Counted from the stretch's first letter, positions 1 to 10,783 are shown. The stretch: DNA of 24,855 nucleotides from Rhodospirillales bacterium (GCA_038143065.1 JAYQLI010000051.1:1-24855); one strand, 5' to 3'. Made by a program: numbers and translations. The notes: generated by a model from the letters alone, not told the origin.

Positions 1-185
1 CTTGCCATGGTTATCAAGCGCTTGAGACAATCGAGGCTTGTTTGTTGAGGGAGGTAATGGCGAAGCCGAGTTGGGTTGAGGCTCCATGCCTGATACAGCG
101 CTATCCAAAAACACAACGAAAATTAAATCAATCCCGCTAAATCGGCAATCTTATGCTACAGGTGAAGGCTCAAAGAGAGCGTGTC

Positions 186-1037
186 ATGAAGTCAATTGTT
201 ATAACGGGTGCCTCGTCTGGAATTGGGCGGCAAATTGCGGTCACTTTGGTGGCTAATGGGTTTCGGGTGTTTGGCTCTGTGCGTAAGAAGGCCGATGGTG
301 ACAGTCTGGTCGCTGAATTGGGTGAGCATTTCATCCCATTGGTTTTTGATGTCACCGATCGTCAGGCTGTGGATGCGGCGGCGGCCCATGTTGAAAGCCT
401 GTTGAAGGGCGAAAAATTGGCTGGGCTGGTGAATAATGCCGGCATTGCGGTTATTGGCGCGATACAAAATCTGTCGCCGGAAGAATTTCAAACCCAATTT
501 GATGTTAATCTCATGGGCGTGTTTCATTGCACGCAAGCGTTTATGAATGCGCTCGGTGCCGACCCATCGCGCAGCGGCGAGGCGGGCAAGATTATCAATA
601 TTAGTTCCGTGTCGGGTGCTGTCGGCATGCCCTTAATGGGCGCCTATAATATGAGCAAATTTGGGCTGGAAGGGTTTTCCGAAGCGCTGCGGCGTGAGCT
701 CATGTTGTTTGGCATTGACGTGGTGGTGATTGCCCCCGGGCCGATTAAAACGCCGATTTGGGAAAAATTCGACGCTGAGGCATTGTTGGCACGGGCTAAT
801 AATTCGGCCTTTCAAAAGCCCTTAGAGACAATGCTGAAAATGACTGGGCAAATGGAAAAATCTGGCTATGCGCCGGAGGTGATTGCCAATCGGGCGCTCG
901 AGGTTTTTCAGGGCAAGGCGGCGAAAACCCGCTATACGCTCGACGCGCAATGGATGCAAAACGGGCTTTTGTCGCGCTTGCCAAAACGCCTAGCTGATCG
1001 CATGATTGCCAAACAAATGGGGCTGAGTAAAAAATAA
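186..1037 (+). CDS. SDR family NAD(P)-dependent oxidoreductase
   Basis: TGASSGIG Rossmann motif, NNAG and catalytic YNMSK (YxxxK); uninterrupted ORF. ATG at 186 (MKSIVITG) preferred over 153. Confidence 0.93.
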   Translation: MKSIVITGASSGIGRQIAVTLVANGFRVFGSVRKKADGDSLVAELGEHFIPLVFDVTDRQAVDAAAAHVESLLKGEKLAGLVNNAGIAVIGAIQNLSPEEFQTQFDVNLMGVFHCTQAFMNALGADPSRSGEAGKIINISSVSGAVGMPLMGAYNMSKFGLEGFSEALRRELMLFGIDVVVIAPGPIKTPIWEKFDAEALLARANNSAFQKPLETMLKMTGQMEKSGYAPEVIANRALEVFQGKAAKTRYTLDAQWMQNGLLSRLPKRLADRMIAKQMGLSKK

Positions 1038-1068
1038 TTGCTGCGCCGCAGCGATAGGAAGTGTGATT

Positions 1069-1437
1069 ATGGATTATTGGTTTTTAATTGTGGCGGCCAT
1101 TCTATCTTTCGCGGGCATGGTGTTTCATGGCTTTGTCGGCGGGCGGATTTATATGGGAAATATAAACAAGACCGATATGGAGCCCTTGACCAAATCACTA
1201 TCGCTGGTTTCGTGGCATGTCTTTACGCTGTTTTTAGCGGTTGCCGGATTTACCTTTGTCTATATTGCGTATATGCCGAGCGCTTATTTGGCAGCCTATC
1301 CGCTGATTGCGGTTAATTTATTGGTGGCACTATTGTTTATGGCTCTGGGCATGAGCGGGCATCGCCAGCTTTTGACATTGCCCGGCGCTTATTTAATGGG
1401 CGCCACCGGTTTGTTCGCTTGGATCGGCATAAGCTGA
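1069..1437 (+). CDS. Small membrane protein (about 4 TM), unknown function; paralog of 11792..12157
   Basis: Intact hydrophobic ORF that aligns without gaps to 11792..12157 (HG..G..Y.G.I.KT, VSW.VFT, AYP, LPGAYLM). Confidence 0.85.
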   Translation: MDYWFLIVAAILSFAGMVFHGFVGGRIYMGNINKTDMEPLTKSLSLVSWHVFTLFLAVAGFTFVYIAYMPSAYLAAYPLIAVNLLVALLFMALGMSGHRQLLTLPGAYLMGATGLFAWIGIS

Positions 1438-1439
1438 TC

Positions 1440-1662
1440 GCTTGATGTAAATGTGAGCCGGCCCCTCCGGTATACCGCAAATCTTTGAATTTGAGGTTAG
1501 GGAAGATTTGGAAGCTTTCAGTGGTGCAGAACGGATAGCAGTTTCGGTGTCTCTGCACCAATCCAGTGCATCCGATTTTTTCGAAGGTTTTGTGAAACTT
1601 CGCCATCCAGCAATCCTGACTTGAGCATTCCACTTTGTCCCTCGTCGTCTCACACAACCCAT
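1440..1662 (-). pseudogene. Truncated tyrosine integrase, N-terminal arm-binding portion only (integrase A remnant)
   Basis: MGCVRRRGTKWNAQVRIAGWRSFTK...KSDALDWCRDTE parallels the N-terminus of the integrase at 3275 (MATITKRNGKWQARVRRK...TKTFSQKGNAERWVRQTE). There is no room for a catalytic domain before the convergent gene ending at 1437. Left coordinate approximate. Confidence 0.8.
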
Positions 1663-1676
1663 GATTTGACCTTTCA

Positions 1677-1695
1677 CTGTGTCAAATCAGTGTCA
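1677..1695. repeat. Putative integrase arm-binding repeat pair, type A (ctgtgtca-aat-cagtgtca)
   Basis: Two 8-mers at 11-bp period, between the remnant's start codon and the tRNA fragment; 1676..1695 matches 9324..9343 at 17/20. Confidence 0.7.
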
Positions 1696-1752
1696 AAACT
1701 GCGTCATCTCTGAAAAATACTGGACAATTTACTGCGTAACCCGCAGGAACCT

Positions 1753-1800
1753 TGGCGCACCCGAGAGGATTCGAACCTCTGACCTCTGCCTTCGGAGGGC
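1753..1800 (-). mobile_element. att-type duplication: 3' 48 bp of tRNA-Arg(CCG)
   Basis: Exact copy of 3088..3135 (anticodon arm to CCA); 5' half of the tRNA absent. Confidence 0.95.
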
Positions 1801-1884
1801 TGAGGGCGATGATAAAAGCGTTTGTGGCAGGGCGTTACAGCAGACGTCTTAAAAAGTTGATGAAAAGTAAATATTCGCTCTGCC

Positions 1885-2978
1885 CTAGATAAGCTTCTTT
1901 TCCACCTGCCAGCGAGGCGACTGAGGGACACGCGGACCATACCCCAGACGCCTGAACATTTGTATGGTTTCACCTTCCGCGGCAAAGCTATGATGAATTT
2001 CCTGATAGAGATCTTTCATTTCGTCATATTCTTGCAGCGCTTGACTTACTGGAATGCAAGAAACGCCTAATTGTGTCGTCGTAAGATTCAGCCGCAACCA
2101 GTTTCGCCCTGCCTCACCTGGTGCTCTCGGCTATTGCTCGGCGTTTTCAGCAAAAATATAGGCAGAGGTGTTGTTCAGCATGTCATCATATATGTCCCTA
2201 ATCCTTGCTGGTAGGCCGCTGTTTGGGTCGAGCATGCTTCTCCGTGGTTATAACACCAGACAGAAACAAGGCTTCCATCATAGGTCCACCAATATCAATG
2301 CCATCGAGGTTGGCATTTATTTGTTTTTTGCCGAAACGTACTAGCGTCGACACTTTCTTTGAGCGTGTGTGGTCTCATTCCACTTTGAAGGCGTTCCAAC
2401 TCAATTGCTTCAGTTTCTTGACATTTTGGGATGCGACAAACACGTCCCCAAATTCTCTCAAAGCTCGCGGCGTGTCCATAGAAAGTGGTTTGTCAGAGAA
2501 TGGTTCTTTATAAGAACGTCGCGCATGGAGCGTTGAATAAACCTTTCTGGCTGAATGTTGTCGCTTGGTGAGAGTTTGATATTGGCAATGTGATCCTCTG
2601 TCTGGTGAGGAAACAAGGTAACTTCGGTCTTGAAAGCCTCTTTTGGTGCGCGCGACATATCTAGCGCTTCAGAAATCCCCCATGCCGATTGTCAGTTGAC
2701 GTTCAAAGGGATCAGTTGCCGGAGATTTTTCGATAAATCCCCGTATATATCAATCCTCATCTTGACCAATAAGTTCGGCAAGCCGCGGTTGGCGATTATG
2801 TGGATTGGGAACAAGAACAGCATAGGACAGGGCGAACAGCCTTTATATCCTTATATTTCCGGCTCTGCCATGGCACGAGCGCGTCATCAGGTGTCCGCGT
2901 CATTGCGAAGCCGCCGATTGCAGACGCGGCGACCACGCCGCCGCCGCCAATCAATTTAATCGTTTGCCGCCCATTCAT
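1885..2978 (-). CDS. Acg-family FMN-binding nitroreductase-like protein with Tat-like leader (several frameshifts)
   Basis: Fragments read [13 protein letters not shown]..., [29 protein letters not shown] and C-terminal RLNL...VSQALQEY...QMFRRLGYG...SPRW; GGAGG RBS upstream. Confidence 0.8.
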
Positions 2979-3087
2979 CATCGCCTCCACTTGTGGGATA
3001 TAACTGGCGGAAACGAAACCAGTCATAAATCCAGAGTGATTGACGCAAATAACCGAAAATCAAATGTTTGGCGGTGGAATTATAGTC

Positions 3088-3164
<77 letters not shown>

Positions 3165-3173
3165 TACTTGACC

Positions 3174-3202
3174 TGTATAGCGGCTTTTTGATTGGGTTTC
3201 TA
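3174..3202 (-). promoter_or_regulatory. Candidate sigma70 promoter for tRNA-Arg
   Basis: Minus strand TAGAAA-17 bp-TATACA, ending 9 nt before the tRNA 5' end. Confidence 0.45.
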
Positions 3203-3243
3203 CGAGGTTTTTAATCTTTCGTTTCGGTCCACTGGAATGCATT

Positions 3244-3261
3244 TGCTCCAATTATGCTCCA
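3244..3261. repeat. Putative integrase arm-binding repeat pair, type B (tgctcca-atta-tgctcca)
   Basis: Two TGCTCCA at 11-bp period, 13 bp before the integrase ATG; 3244..3264 matches 9056..9076 at 19/21. Confidence 0.75.
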
Positions 3262-3274
3262 GTGAGGTAGAGAG

Positions 3275-4251
3275 ATGGCAACAATTACAAAGCGAAACGG
3301 GAAATGGCAAGCTCGTGTCAGGCGTAAGGATTTCCAACACAGACCAAGACGTTCTCCCAGAAGGGTAATGCAGAACGTTGGGTCAGACAAACCGAAATCC
3401 AGATAGAAACCCACGAACTGCCGAAGGCGCACCTGTTTATCCAACGTTCGAGCAAGCCGTTGAACGATACGGCAATGAAGTAAGTAGAGTTCAAGAAAAG
3501 CTATGGGGTGGAGAAATACAGATTGGCTCGGCTCACGACCTTGCCCTGGGCGAACAAGCCTATCAACCAAATTGATGGGAAGCACCTGTCCGAACTGCGT
3601 CTACAAAGATTAAAGATTGTGTCAGCTGCGACAGTACGCAAAGAGTTGTACCTTGTCTCTGCCATCTACGAAATAGCTCGTAAGGAGTGGGGTTTAAACG
3701 CTCTCAGAAACTCCATCAGCGGCATTCGCATGCCGTCAGGCGCCAATCCGCAGCGCAGCCGTATCCCGCCAGAAACACTTCAGAAGCTGCTTCAGGCCAT
3801 TCAGGAATGTGGACACAGGCTCTTGCCCCATATTATCACCACAGCCTTGGAAACGGGCATGCGGAGAGGCGAGATACTAGGTTTAAAGTGGCTGGATGTT
3901 GACCTCGAAAGGCGGCTGGCCTATCTGGCAGATACCAAGAGTGGCCACGCTCGCTATGTGCCGTTGTCCGATAGGGCATTGGCAGCCATCAACCATATGG
4001 ATACAAAAAGCGAGTATGTGTTTCCAATGACGGGCAACGCTGTTCGTCTTGCTTGGGAGCGTCTCAAGAAAAGTCACGGCATTGAAGGTGTCAGGTTTCA
4101 TGACCTAAGGCATGAGGCCATTAGCCGAATGTTTGATGGAGGAATGACTGTACCAGAGGTAGCCAGTATCAGCGGGCATAGGACGGTGAGTATGCTGTTT
4201 AGATATGCTCATGCTGATATCGATGTGCTAAATAACAAGCTCAATCTCTAG
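3275..4251 (+). CDS. Tyrosine recombinase / site-specific integrase (integrase B), frameshifted in the 5' part
   Basis: Catalytic motifs TGMRRGE (R), DTKSG (K), HDLRH (HxxR) and SGH...RY (H, Y); arm-binding N-terminus from ATG 3275 with GAGG RBS; adjacent to a tRNA. Confidence 0.95.
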
Positions 4252-4315
4252 CGGTCTTGGCGTTAGTGGTGTTAAATCTAATCTAGATTAACCCAAGCAA
4301 TGAAATGAACAATCA

Positions 4316-5759
4316 ATGTACGAAGCAGCCTTTAAGAATATTGATGACACCTTATGGAAGGATGCTGGCTGCAGCAGTGAGCTTGATTATATTGAGCAAA
4401 CGAGCTGGGTGCTGTTCCTTAAATATCTGGATGATTACGAAACGGATAAGGCGGCTGCTGCCCAGCTGGATGGCAAAAGCTATACTCGTCTCATTGATGG
4501 CGATTATCGCTGAGAACAAATGGGCTGCCCCAAAGACGGCTGATGGTTCAATTGATTGCAAAGGTTGCGATGACGGGCGATGACCTGTTGGACTTTGTTA
4601 ATCGTCAGTTGTTTCCGCATCTCGCTAGCTTTAAGCAGAGCGCCGATAACCCCCACAGTATTGCTTATAAGATTGGTGAGATTTTCAGTGAGCTGCGCAA
4701 TAAGTTGCAAAGCGGTTATGCGCTGCGAGATGTTGTCGACAAGGTGGATGAGCTTGAGTTTCTAAGCAGTAAGAAAACCAGTTTGAGCTAAGCAGCCTTT
4801 ATGAAGACAAGATTAAATATGGGTACTCAGGAAGAAAACGGAGGTGAACCTTTACACCCGTCCTTTGATTAGTCTATCAATAAAGGTGATTAATCCTGTT
4901 ATTGGTGAAACAGTTTGACAGGCGATGCAGGAAGCGCAGAGGTTTTTATGTGAGAACATTACACATTAAAAACGTAGAGATAACCGTCAGGTTGAACAAC
5001 TTACAGACCAACACATTTATCGGCAAAGAAAGAAAAAGCCTCGCCTATGTGATTGGCATTATGAATATGATTTTGCACGGCGTGGAAGCGCCAAATATTG
5101 TGCATACCAACACGCTGACTGAAAACATTGCGGACATTGAGCAAAAAGATAGGGTGGATGTGGTGCTGGCCAATCCGCCGTTTGGTGGCAAAGAGCGGCC
5201 AGAGATACAAGAAAACTTTCCCATCAAGACCAGCGAGACTGCTTATCTGTTCTTGCAGCATTTCATCAAGAAGCTAAAGGCGGAGGGGCGCTGCGGTATT
5301 GTCATCAAGAACACGTTCCTCAGCAATACTGATAATGCCAGCGTGGCGCTGCGCAAGCAGCTGCTGGAAGAGTGTAATCTTTACTGCGGTGTTAGATTTG
5401 CCAGGCGGCGCATTTATCGGCACGGGCGTTAAAACCGTGGTGCTGTTTTTTGAAAAGGGCAAGCCAACCCAGAAGGTTTGGTATTACCAGCTGACCCTGG
5501 AAGAAAATCAGGTAAGACTAAACCTATGATGAGAAAGGATTTGTATGAGTTCTTAGAGTTTATTAAGACAAAGGAAGAGAGTGAAAAAAGCTGGAGTGTT
5601 AATCTTCAGGATGTAAATAAAGACACGGGATTTGACAGTTAACAATCCAAATAAAGTTGAAGGTGGATAACCGTACACAGTAGAAATAATTTGCTGAGAT
5701 TGAAGAGCTGAACTCTCCAAGCTGCCAAAGCGTTACAGGCAATTAAGGAGTTGTTGTGA
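4316..5759 (+). CDS. hsdM: Type I restriction-modification methyltransferase subunit (many frameshifts, especially 4790-4990)
   Basis: MYEAAFKNIDDTLWKDAGCSSELDYIEQTSW N-terminus, MNMILHG, motif IV NPPF, FLQHFIKKLK and TGVKTVVLFF; ends IKELL-TGA; length equals about 480 codons. Confidence 0.9.
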
Positions 5760-6345
5760 TGTGGAGACTGTTAAGCTTGGCGCCTTATTTAAAATTGGTT
5801 CAAGTAAACGAGTTTTAAAATCAGATTGGCGTGACAATGGCATACCTTTTTACAGAGGACGAGAAATCACAGCTTTATCAAAAAGAACGGGTATGTGGAT
5901 AATGATTTATTCATTTCTGAAGAACACTTCTCTAAACTTTCATCTAAATGGTGTTCCTCAAACTGGCGACATAGTTGTCCTGCAATTGGAACGATAGGTG
6001 GGGCAACGGCTGACAAGAAGATGATCCAAACATTTCAACTTCAAAAGACGCGAGTGTTTTATGGTTCTAAAAAAGCAAGCGACTACCTGCCGAGTTTTAT
6101 TATTATCTTACCAACTATAAAGACTTTTTGCAACAAGTAAGTGGTGGTGCAACCCAAATTTATCGCAAGTCAAAAATAAAAAATATCCCTTTCCAGTAAT
6201 TACGTTAGCAGAGCAACAACGCATCGTAATAAACTCTGATGCCATTTTTCTGAACGATAGGCGATTGAGGTGGCCAGTTAAAGAGGCTGAAGTTGAAAAG
6301 CTCAAGGCTTCTTTGTTGAGTGATTTGCTCAGCGGTGAGGCTTAG
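5759..6345 (+). CDS. hsdS: Type I RM specificity subunit, half-length (single TRD), frameshifted
   Basis: ATG overlaps the hsdM stop; ETVKLG start, GIPFYR, GDIVV..IGTIG, QPNLSQ, LAEQQRIV and terminal LKASLLSDLLSGEA; only about 195 codons. Confidence 0.82.
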
Positions 6346-6478
6346 ATGGCGGTGCTAACTCTAAAATAGATGTGTGAAGCCAGCTAGCAAAGCGAACAAC
6401 TAAAGAGAATTCAAGTTATACCGATGAGTTTTGGTAATTTATTCGAATTGCCAAGGCTGGATATCTTTCGCCTTTAGC

Positions 6479-6975
6479 CTAGACGATTAAAAGAACCCCC
6501 TTGGGTGCCCTGATAGCCTTGTTCTTATTATGCTTTCTATTGGGCTTCTTAATAATTGCTACATTTATATAAAAGGGGATTTTCGATTTTGTTATGTAAG
6601 CTGTGACACTGTATTCTTCGCCATTTAAATCCATATCTATTTTGCCTATGCGTTGCAAATAGCCTCCTGTTTTGGACTTGGCTTGCTTGCCCATAGGTAT
6701 AAGAAATCCGTTGACACGCAACAGCGTCGAAAGCCCATCAGGCAAAGGGACGGACTGCTGGCTATATTCGTAAAATGCGTTACCCCCACCCTTGCTAGAT
6801 TTTTAGAAAGGCAAACTTTAAACGGTTTCTTAATTGCTCCTGCCTCAAGACCGAAATCTTCACAAAATTCTGGTCCCATATCAGAATACGTCAGATTGCT
6901 TCCCCCAGCGTCTAACACCTCAAGAATAATTTCCTTTGGCGCAGATGCGAAGTTACCCGAAGTTTCGACACTCAT
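6479..6975 (-). CDS. Hypothetical protein (probably one gene split over ORFs 6646..6975 and 6479..6745)
   Basis: Two overlapping same-strand ORFs with an AG-rich RBS-like sequence before ATG 6975; no motif recognised. Confidence 0.5.
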
Positions 6976-7199
6976 ATCAATCTCTCATTAAACTACTTAA
7001 ACACTATATATCATTAATTAAATGATAAAGCTTCTTCGGAAAACAGCTCAAACTCTAAATAGTTTTTTTTTGCCAGAGAGGTAAACCCAAAGGAAGTAGT
7101 TCTATTCTACTAAGCACTAGTAAAGGGCTATTCCATTACCAGTAAATTATTCAAGCAATGATATTTCCAAATATAAGTAAAAATCTGACACCTAATTCC

Positions 7200-7652
7200 T
7201 TAGCCATTTTCAATGCCCCCATAAACAGTATGCGAGCTTTGGCGCAATTCTCCTGCAAGCTCTGGCTCACGCTTTTGCGCCGCCTCATAGGTCATGGGAC
7301 CTTCAAATTTGATAACGGCTGTGGCCCGCCGTTTCGTATGCCTAGACGATTTGTGGCCACGTATATGGTCTAAATAACGGGCATAGGGATGTTTCCCAGT
7401 CATTCCGACATAGACTGAATCAACCTCCCCTTTAAGCCTCAAGACATAGACAAACTTCGATACCTCGCCCTTGATGGGCTTTGGAACCTGAGCAACTGAC
7501 AATATTTTATCAAGCGCATCAGGGGTTTCTCTCAGCGCCTTCTTGACCATGCGTTTGTCCCAGAAAACGCCCCCGCATGCCAGCTTTGACATTTGTAAAG
7601 GTGCGAATTCGAGGACAAGCGATGAGCATATTCGACATTTTTTGTCTGACAA
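7200..7652 (-). CDS. GIY-YIG nuclease-family protein with possible N-terminal Zn-binding motif
   Basis: FVYVLRL...VYVGMTG, ARYLDH (conserved R, H) and AQKRE (metal-binding E); N-terminal CRIC...CGG. Confidence 0.8.
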   Translation of the reverse strand: MSDKKCRICSSLVLEFAPLQMSKLACGGVFWDKRMVKKALRETPDALDKILSVAQVPKPIKGEVSKFVYVLRLKGEVDSVYVGMTGKHPYARYLDHIRGHKSSRHTKRRATAVIKFEGPMTYEAAQKREPELAGELRQSSHTVYGGIENG

Positions 7653-8930
7653 TCAAGCCTCCGCCGAAATTCTATCTAATGCCGATACGTGGTCTGCTTC
7701 TGCAAGTGCTTTGAGATAAAGTTCCGCCTCCCATTTGTATACACTGTCTTCGCAAAGCGGCTGGAAGCATAGCTTGGCTTTTTTCTGGATTTTTTCTTTG
7801 TTCCTTCCCCGTAAAAGTAACAACGACCCAATTGGGTCAAAACCGTCGGCCAGATGTCGTCTAGCTCTGAACCAGCCTTTAAGGTTGCAAACCTCTGTGT
7901 CTGTTTCTTTTTGTTTTTATAAAAATCATCCGCTTGCTGTATTAACCTCGCAGCTTTAGAATAGGCCCGGCTACTCCCGTATTTCATAGCTTTTCTTAAA
8001 AGGCGTTTTCCTTCTTTGACATCTTTGGCTGTTCCAATTCCATCCAAGTGATGCTCGGCAAGGAGGCAGCATACTTCTCCTGAATAGTCTTCACCCAAAG
8101 ACACTCTCATTTGAAATGCTTTAGGCCCATTTTTCTTGGTTCCCCACGCCATGTCATAACAGTGGGCAAGCAGTTCGGTTCCCCAGCCACTTCCGAGCTT
8201 GGAAGATTTGTTTATGAGTTCAAATGCTTTTCGTTCGTCTTTTTTTACTAACCAATTTCCTAAATGTGCTCGACCATATGCGGCAAGAGCATCAGGAAAA
8301 TTTAAATCAACAGCTTTAAGGAGGTGCTTCTTGGCTTTCCGCTTATTATCAAGAGGGTTAAAGTAGATGTCCCATAGCCAAAAATGTGCGTGCCCAGCGT
8401 CATAGTCTGCGCCTAATTCCGCCGCAGCCTCGTAATACATTATGGCCTTTTGGTAATCAGGATATGGCCCTTCAGCAAAATCATTTGCTAACACGCTCAT
8501 TCTTTTAGCGGTACTTTCCTCCATATCATATACGACGGCGCCACGTTCTAGGTGGTAGATGTAACGGCTCCATGCTTCGTAGCGAATTTTTTCGCTTCGA
8601 CTGTTGAGTTTTTCAGCGGTTTCTCCAGCAATTTGACCAGCAATTAGCCAATCAGCATCTGAAATGCCATGCTTGGCTAACGTTTGTAGGTCTTCAGAGT
8701 GAGATTTCTGAGATTAATTTTTTGTGAAAACGTGCCGCTTTATTTCCAGTTTTTCCAACGTCTTCAAAAAACTTTGTATTTACGGCTTCAAAAAAAAGAC
8801 GCTCTAAGTCACAAACTATTTGAGAGCTATTCACTATTAAACTGTAGGTACTCCCCGTTGCTTTGTATTCTTTTCGAGCTTCATCTAACTTCTCAACAGC
8901 GAGCTCTAAATTTTTCCTAACGGTGACCAT
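7653..8930 (-). CDS. Sel1-like repeat protein with N-terminal extension (about 420 aa after repairing two homopolymer frameshifts)
   Basis: Repeats such as LAHCYDMAWGTKKNGPKA, LAEHHLDGIGTAKDVKEG and LGRCYFYGEGTKK. The frame stays open upstream of 8524 to about 8700, joining ORF 8694..8966 (ATG 8930, GAGGAG RBS). The alternative 3' frame NPEKAKLCF...ISAEA stops at 7653-7655. Confidence 0.8.
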
Positions 8931-8988
8931 TTTTCTCACTCCTCTAATAACCAGCGACATGAACACTTCTGTATTCTAGCCAACTATT

Positions 8989-9035
8989 TGGCAGGGTCTA
9001 ATTATATATATGAATGCAGGGTGCTTTTGGGGGGG
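8989..9035. repeat. Conserved element-end motif, copy 1 (tggcaggg..ttatatatatgaatgcagggtg-T run-G7)
   Basis: Near-identical to 12273..12322 in the same orientation. Confidence 0.9.
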
Positions 9036-9055
9036 CCTGTTTGTTTTCTTCCCTA

Positions 9056-9073
9056 TGCTCCAATAATGCTCCA
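9056..9073. repeat. Putative arm-binding repeat pair, type B, second copy
   Basis: tgctcca-ataa-tgctcca, 11-bp period, same orientation as 3244..3261. Confidence 0.75.
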
Positions 9074-9164
9074 CTGAATTCTAATTTGGCGGTACAAACT
9101 AGCGACATCTGCCAGATTGACAGGCTGCTAATGCTTAAATAGAATCTTAAGGTTTTCAGTGGTT

Positions 9165-9247
9165 TGGCGCACTGTTGACTGCGTTGCAGGCAACGGTGAG
9201 CGAAGCGAGAGAGATTCGAACCTCTGACTTCTGCCTTCGGAGGGCAG
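9165..9247 (-). mobile_element. Degenerate att copy: 3' half of tRNA-Arg(CCG) with an approximately 33-bp insertion
   Basis: 9213..9247 matches the tRNA with one mismatch in 35 bp; the terminal tggcgcac is displaced to 9165..9172. Confidence 0.88.
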
Positions 9248-9324
9248 ATTCAATGGGTTTCTCTTCAAAAAAGCACTGTTTTCAGCACTGATTAATTCCT
9301 GAAAAGTTATGCTGTGTTGGATTA

Positions 9325-9343
9325 CTGTGTCAATGCTGTGTCA
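9325..9343. repeat. Putative arm-binding repeat pair, type A, second copy
   Basis: ctgtgtca-atg-ctgtgtca, 11-bp period, same orientation as 1677..1695. Confidence 0.7.
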
Positions 9344-9400
9344 GGGCAACGGAGTATAGAAAAATAATGTCTAGCGGCAGAATTTAGATACTATGGGAGC

Positions 9401-10074
9401 ATGCGAATAGTATCTTGGAATATGAATAAACGAAAATCGGGTTGTTGGGAGTGGTTACTCGACCAACATTCACCAGATTACGTGATGGCGCAAGAGGCGA
9501 GTCCGCTTCCAGAAGGTTTAGATGCCACTGTTCGAACCACCACTAAGAAATCCAACAGAACAGTCTTTTATTCAAAAAACCAAAGTCACGAAAAAATTAA
9601 AATGGAATATGATGAAGGCATGGGGATCCTTGTAACCCGCTATTCAGAAACATATTTCATAAATGTATATGCAAATTTGGACTTCAAACCAGTAAATCCG
9701 TCACTCTTAGGATTTATTGCCAAGTTGTGACGCATATTAGACGTCGTTACGCCGCTGAGAACATAATCATTGCAGGTGATTTCAATATGGATCGCCGTAT
9801 GGATGAGAATCCTACTGGTTCTAGATTTGCAGCAAAGGATACCTACCCAACTAATGATTTTTTCGATGCCATATTTGATATGGGGTTCGTAGACTGTGTA
9901 AGGAAATTCTATCCTGAACCTGTTCAAACCCATCGGCATGTCAGGAGCAAATTTCCTTGGGAACTCGATCACATGTTTGCCACTCCAATTTTATTTGATC
10001 GTCTTGAGAAACTTGATATTCCCGATACCTCGGAGTTGAGTGATCACAATCCAATTATTGCTGATTTCAAATAA
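9401..10074 (+). CDS. Endonuclease/exonuclease/phosphatase (EEP) family protein 1 (frameshift near 9727)
   Basis: SWNMN, QEA, GDFN, LDHMF and SDHNP motifs. Confidence 0.9.
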
Positions 10075-10093
10075 GAACTGCTGGGTTCGAAAA

Positions 10094-10771
10094 ATGCGAA
10101 TGGTATCTTGGAACTGCAATCTAAATCTCAAATCAAAGTTTGAGAGAGTGTCTGAACTTAAACCTGACATTTTGGTTATTCAGGAATGTGAGAAATTGTC
10201 TGAAGACTTTTTCCCAAACGCTCATTACCTCTGGGTCGGTAGGAACGAGAAAAAGGTCTTGGGTTTTAATTTTTGGCGGTTCTGGAAAAATTCACAGTAG
10301 TCACCGACACGACTCGTTGAGTTCTTACCGGTTGATTCTGATTTCGGGTCACTTTTAGGCGTATGGGCATTCAATCACCGTGCGAAACAGAGATACGGAG
10401 AAGGTTTTGACGGGACGACGGAAAACGCCATCACGCATTATGAAGATTTCATCAGGGAGAAATCTACCCTGGGTGTAGTTGGTGATTTTAATAACTCAAT
10501 CATTTGGGACAAAAATAACTCCAAGACGCCATTCCAAAACACGATCCAAAGGTTTGAGGCGTTAGGTCTTACAAGCGCCTACCACTCGACTTATAACGAA
10601 CACTTCGGATATGAAACTCAAGGAACCCTTTTTCACACCAAGAAGGAGGAGAAGCGATATCACATTGATTATCTTTTTCTTCGTCAGACAGGTGCTGTAA
10701 CAGTTGGTTCATACGAGGACTGGATTGAGTTCAGTGACCATGTTCCGATCATTGTTGATTTTCAGAGTTAA
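10094..10771 (+). CDS. EEP family protein 2 (frameshifted at about 10250-10330)
   Basis: SWNCN, QEC, then read by hand GVWAFNHR, GDFNN, YHIDYLF, SDHVP and TAA at 10769-10771. Confidence 0.88.
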
Positions 10772-10783
10772 AAAAGGCAGGGT

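Noticed and set aside
1-87. Possible start of a minus-strand gene (MEPQPNSAS...)
   Set aside because: Only 29 codons are visible, with no motif and a weak RBS.
1825-1832. Third copy of the element-end motif (tggcaggg)
   Set aside because: Only 8 bp match; the TA tract and G run are missing.
4511-4513. In-frame TGA in hsdM as recoding (Sec or Trp readthrough)
   Set aside because: The downstream sequence also changes frame, and TGA is a normal stop elsewhere in the window.
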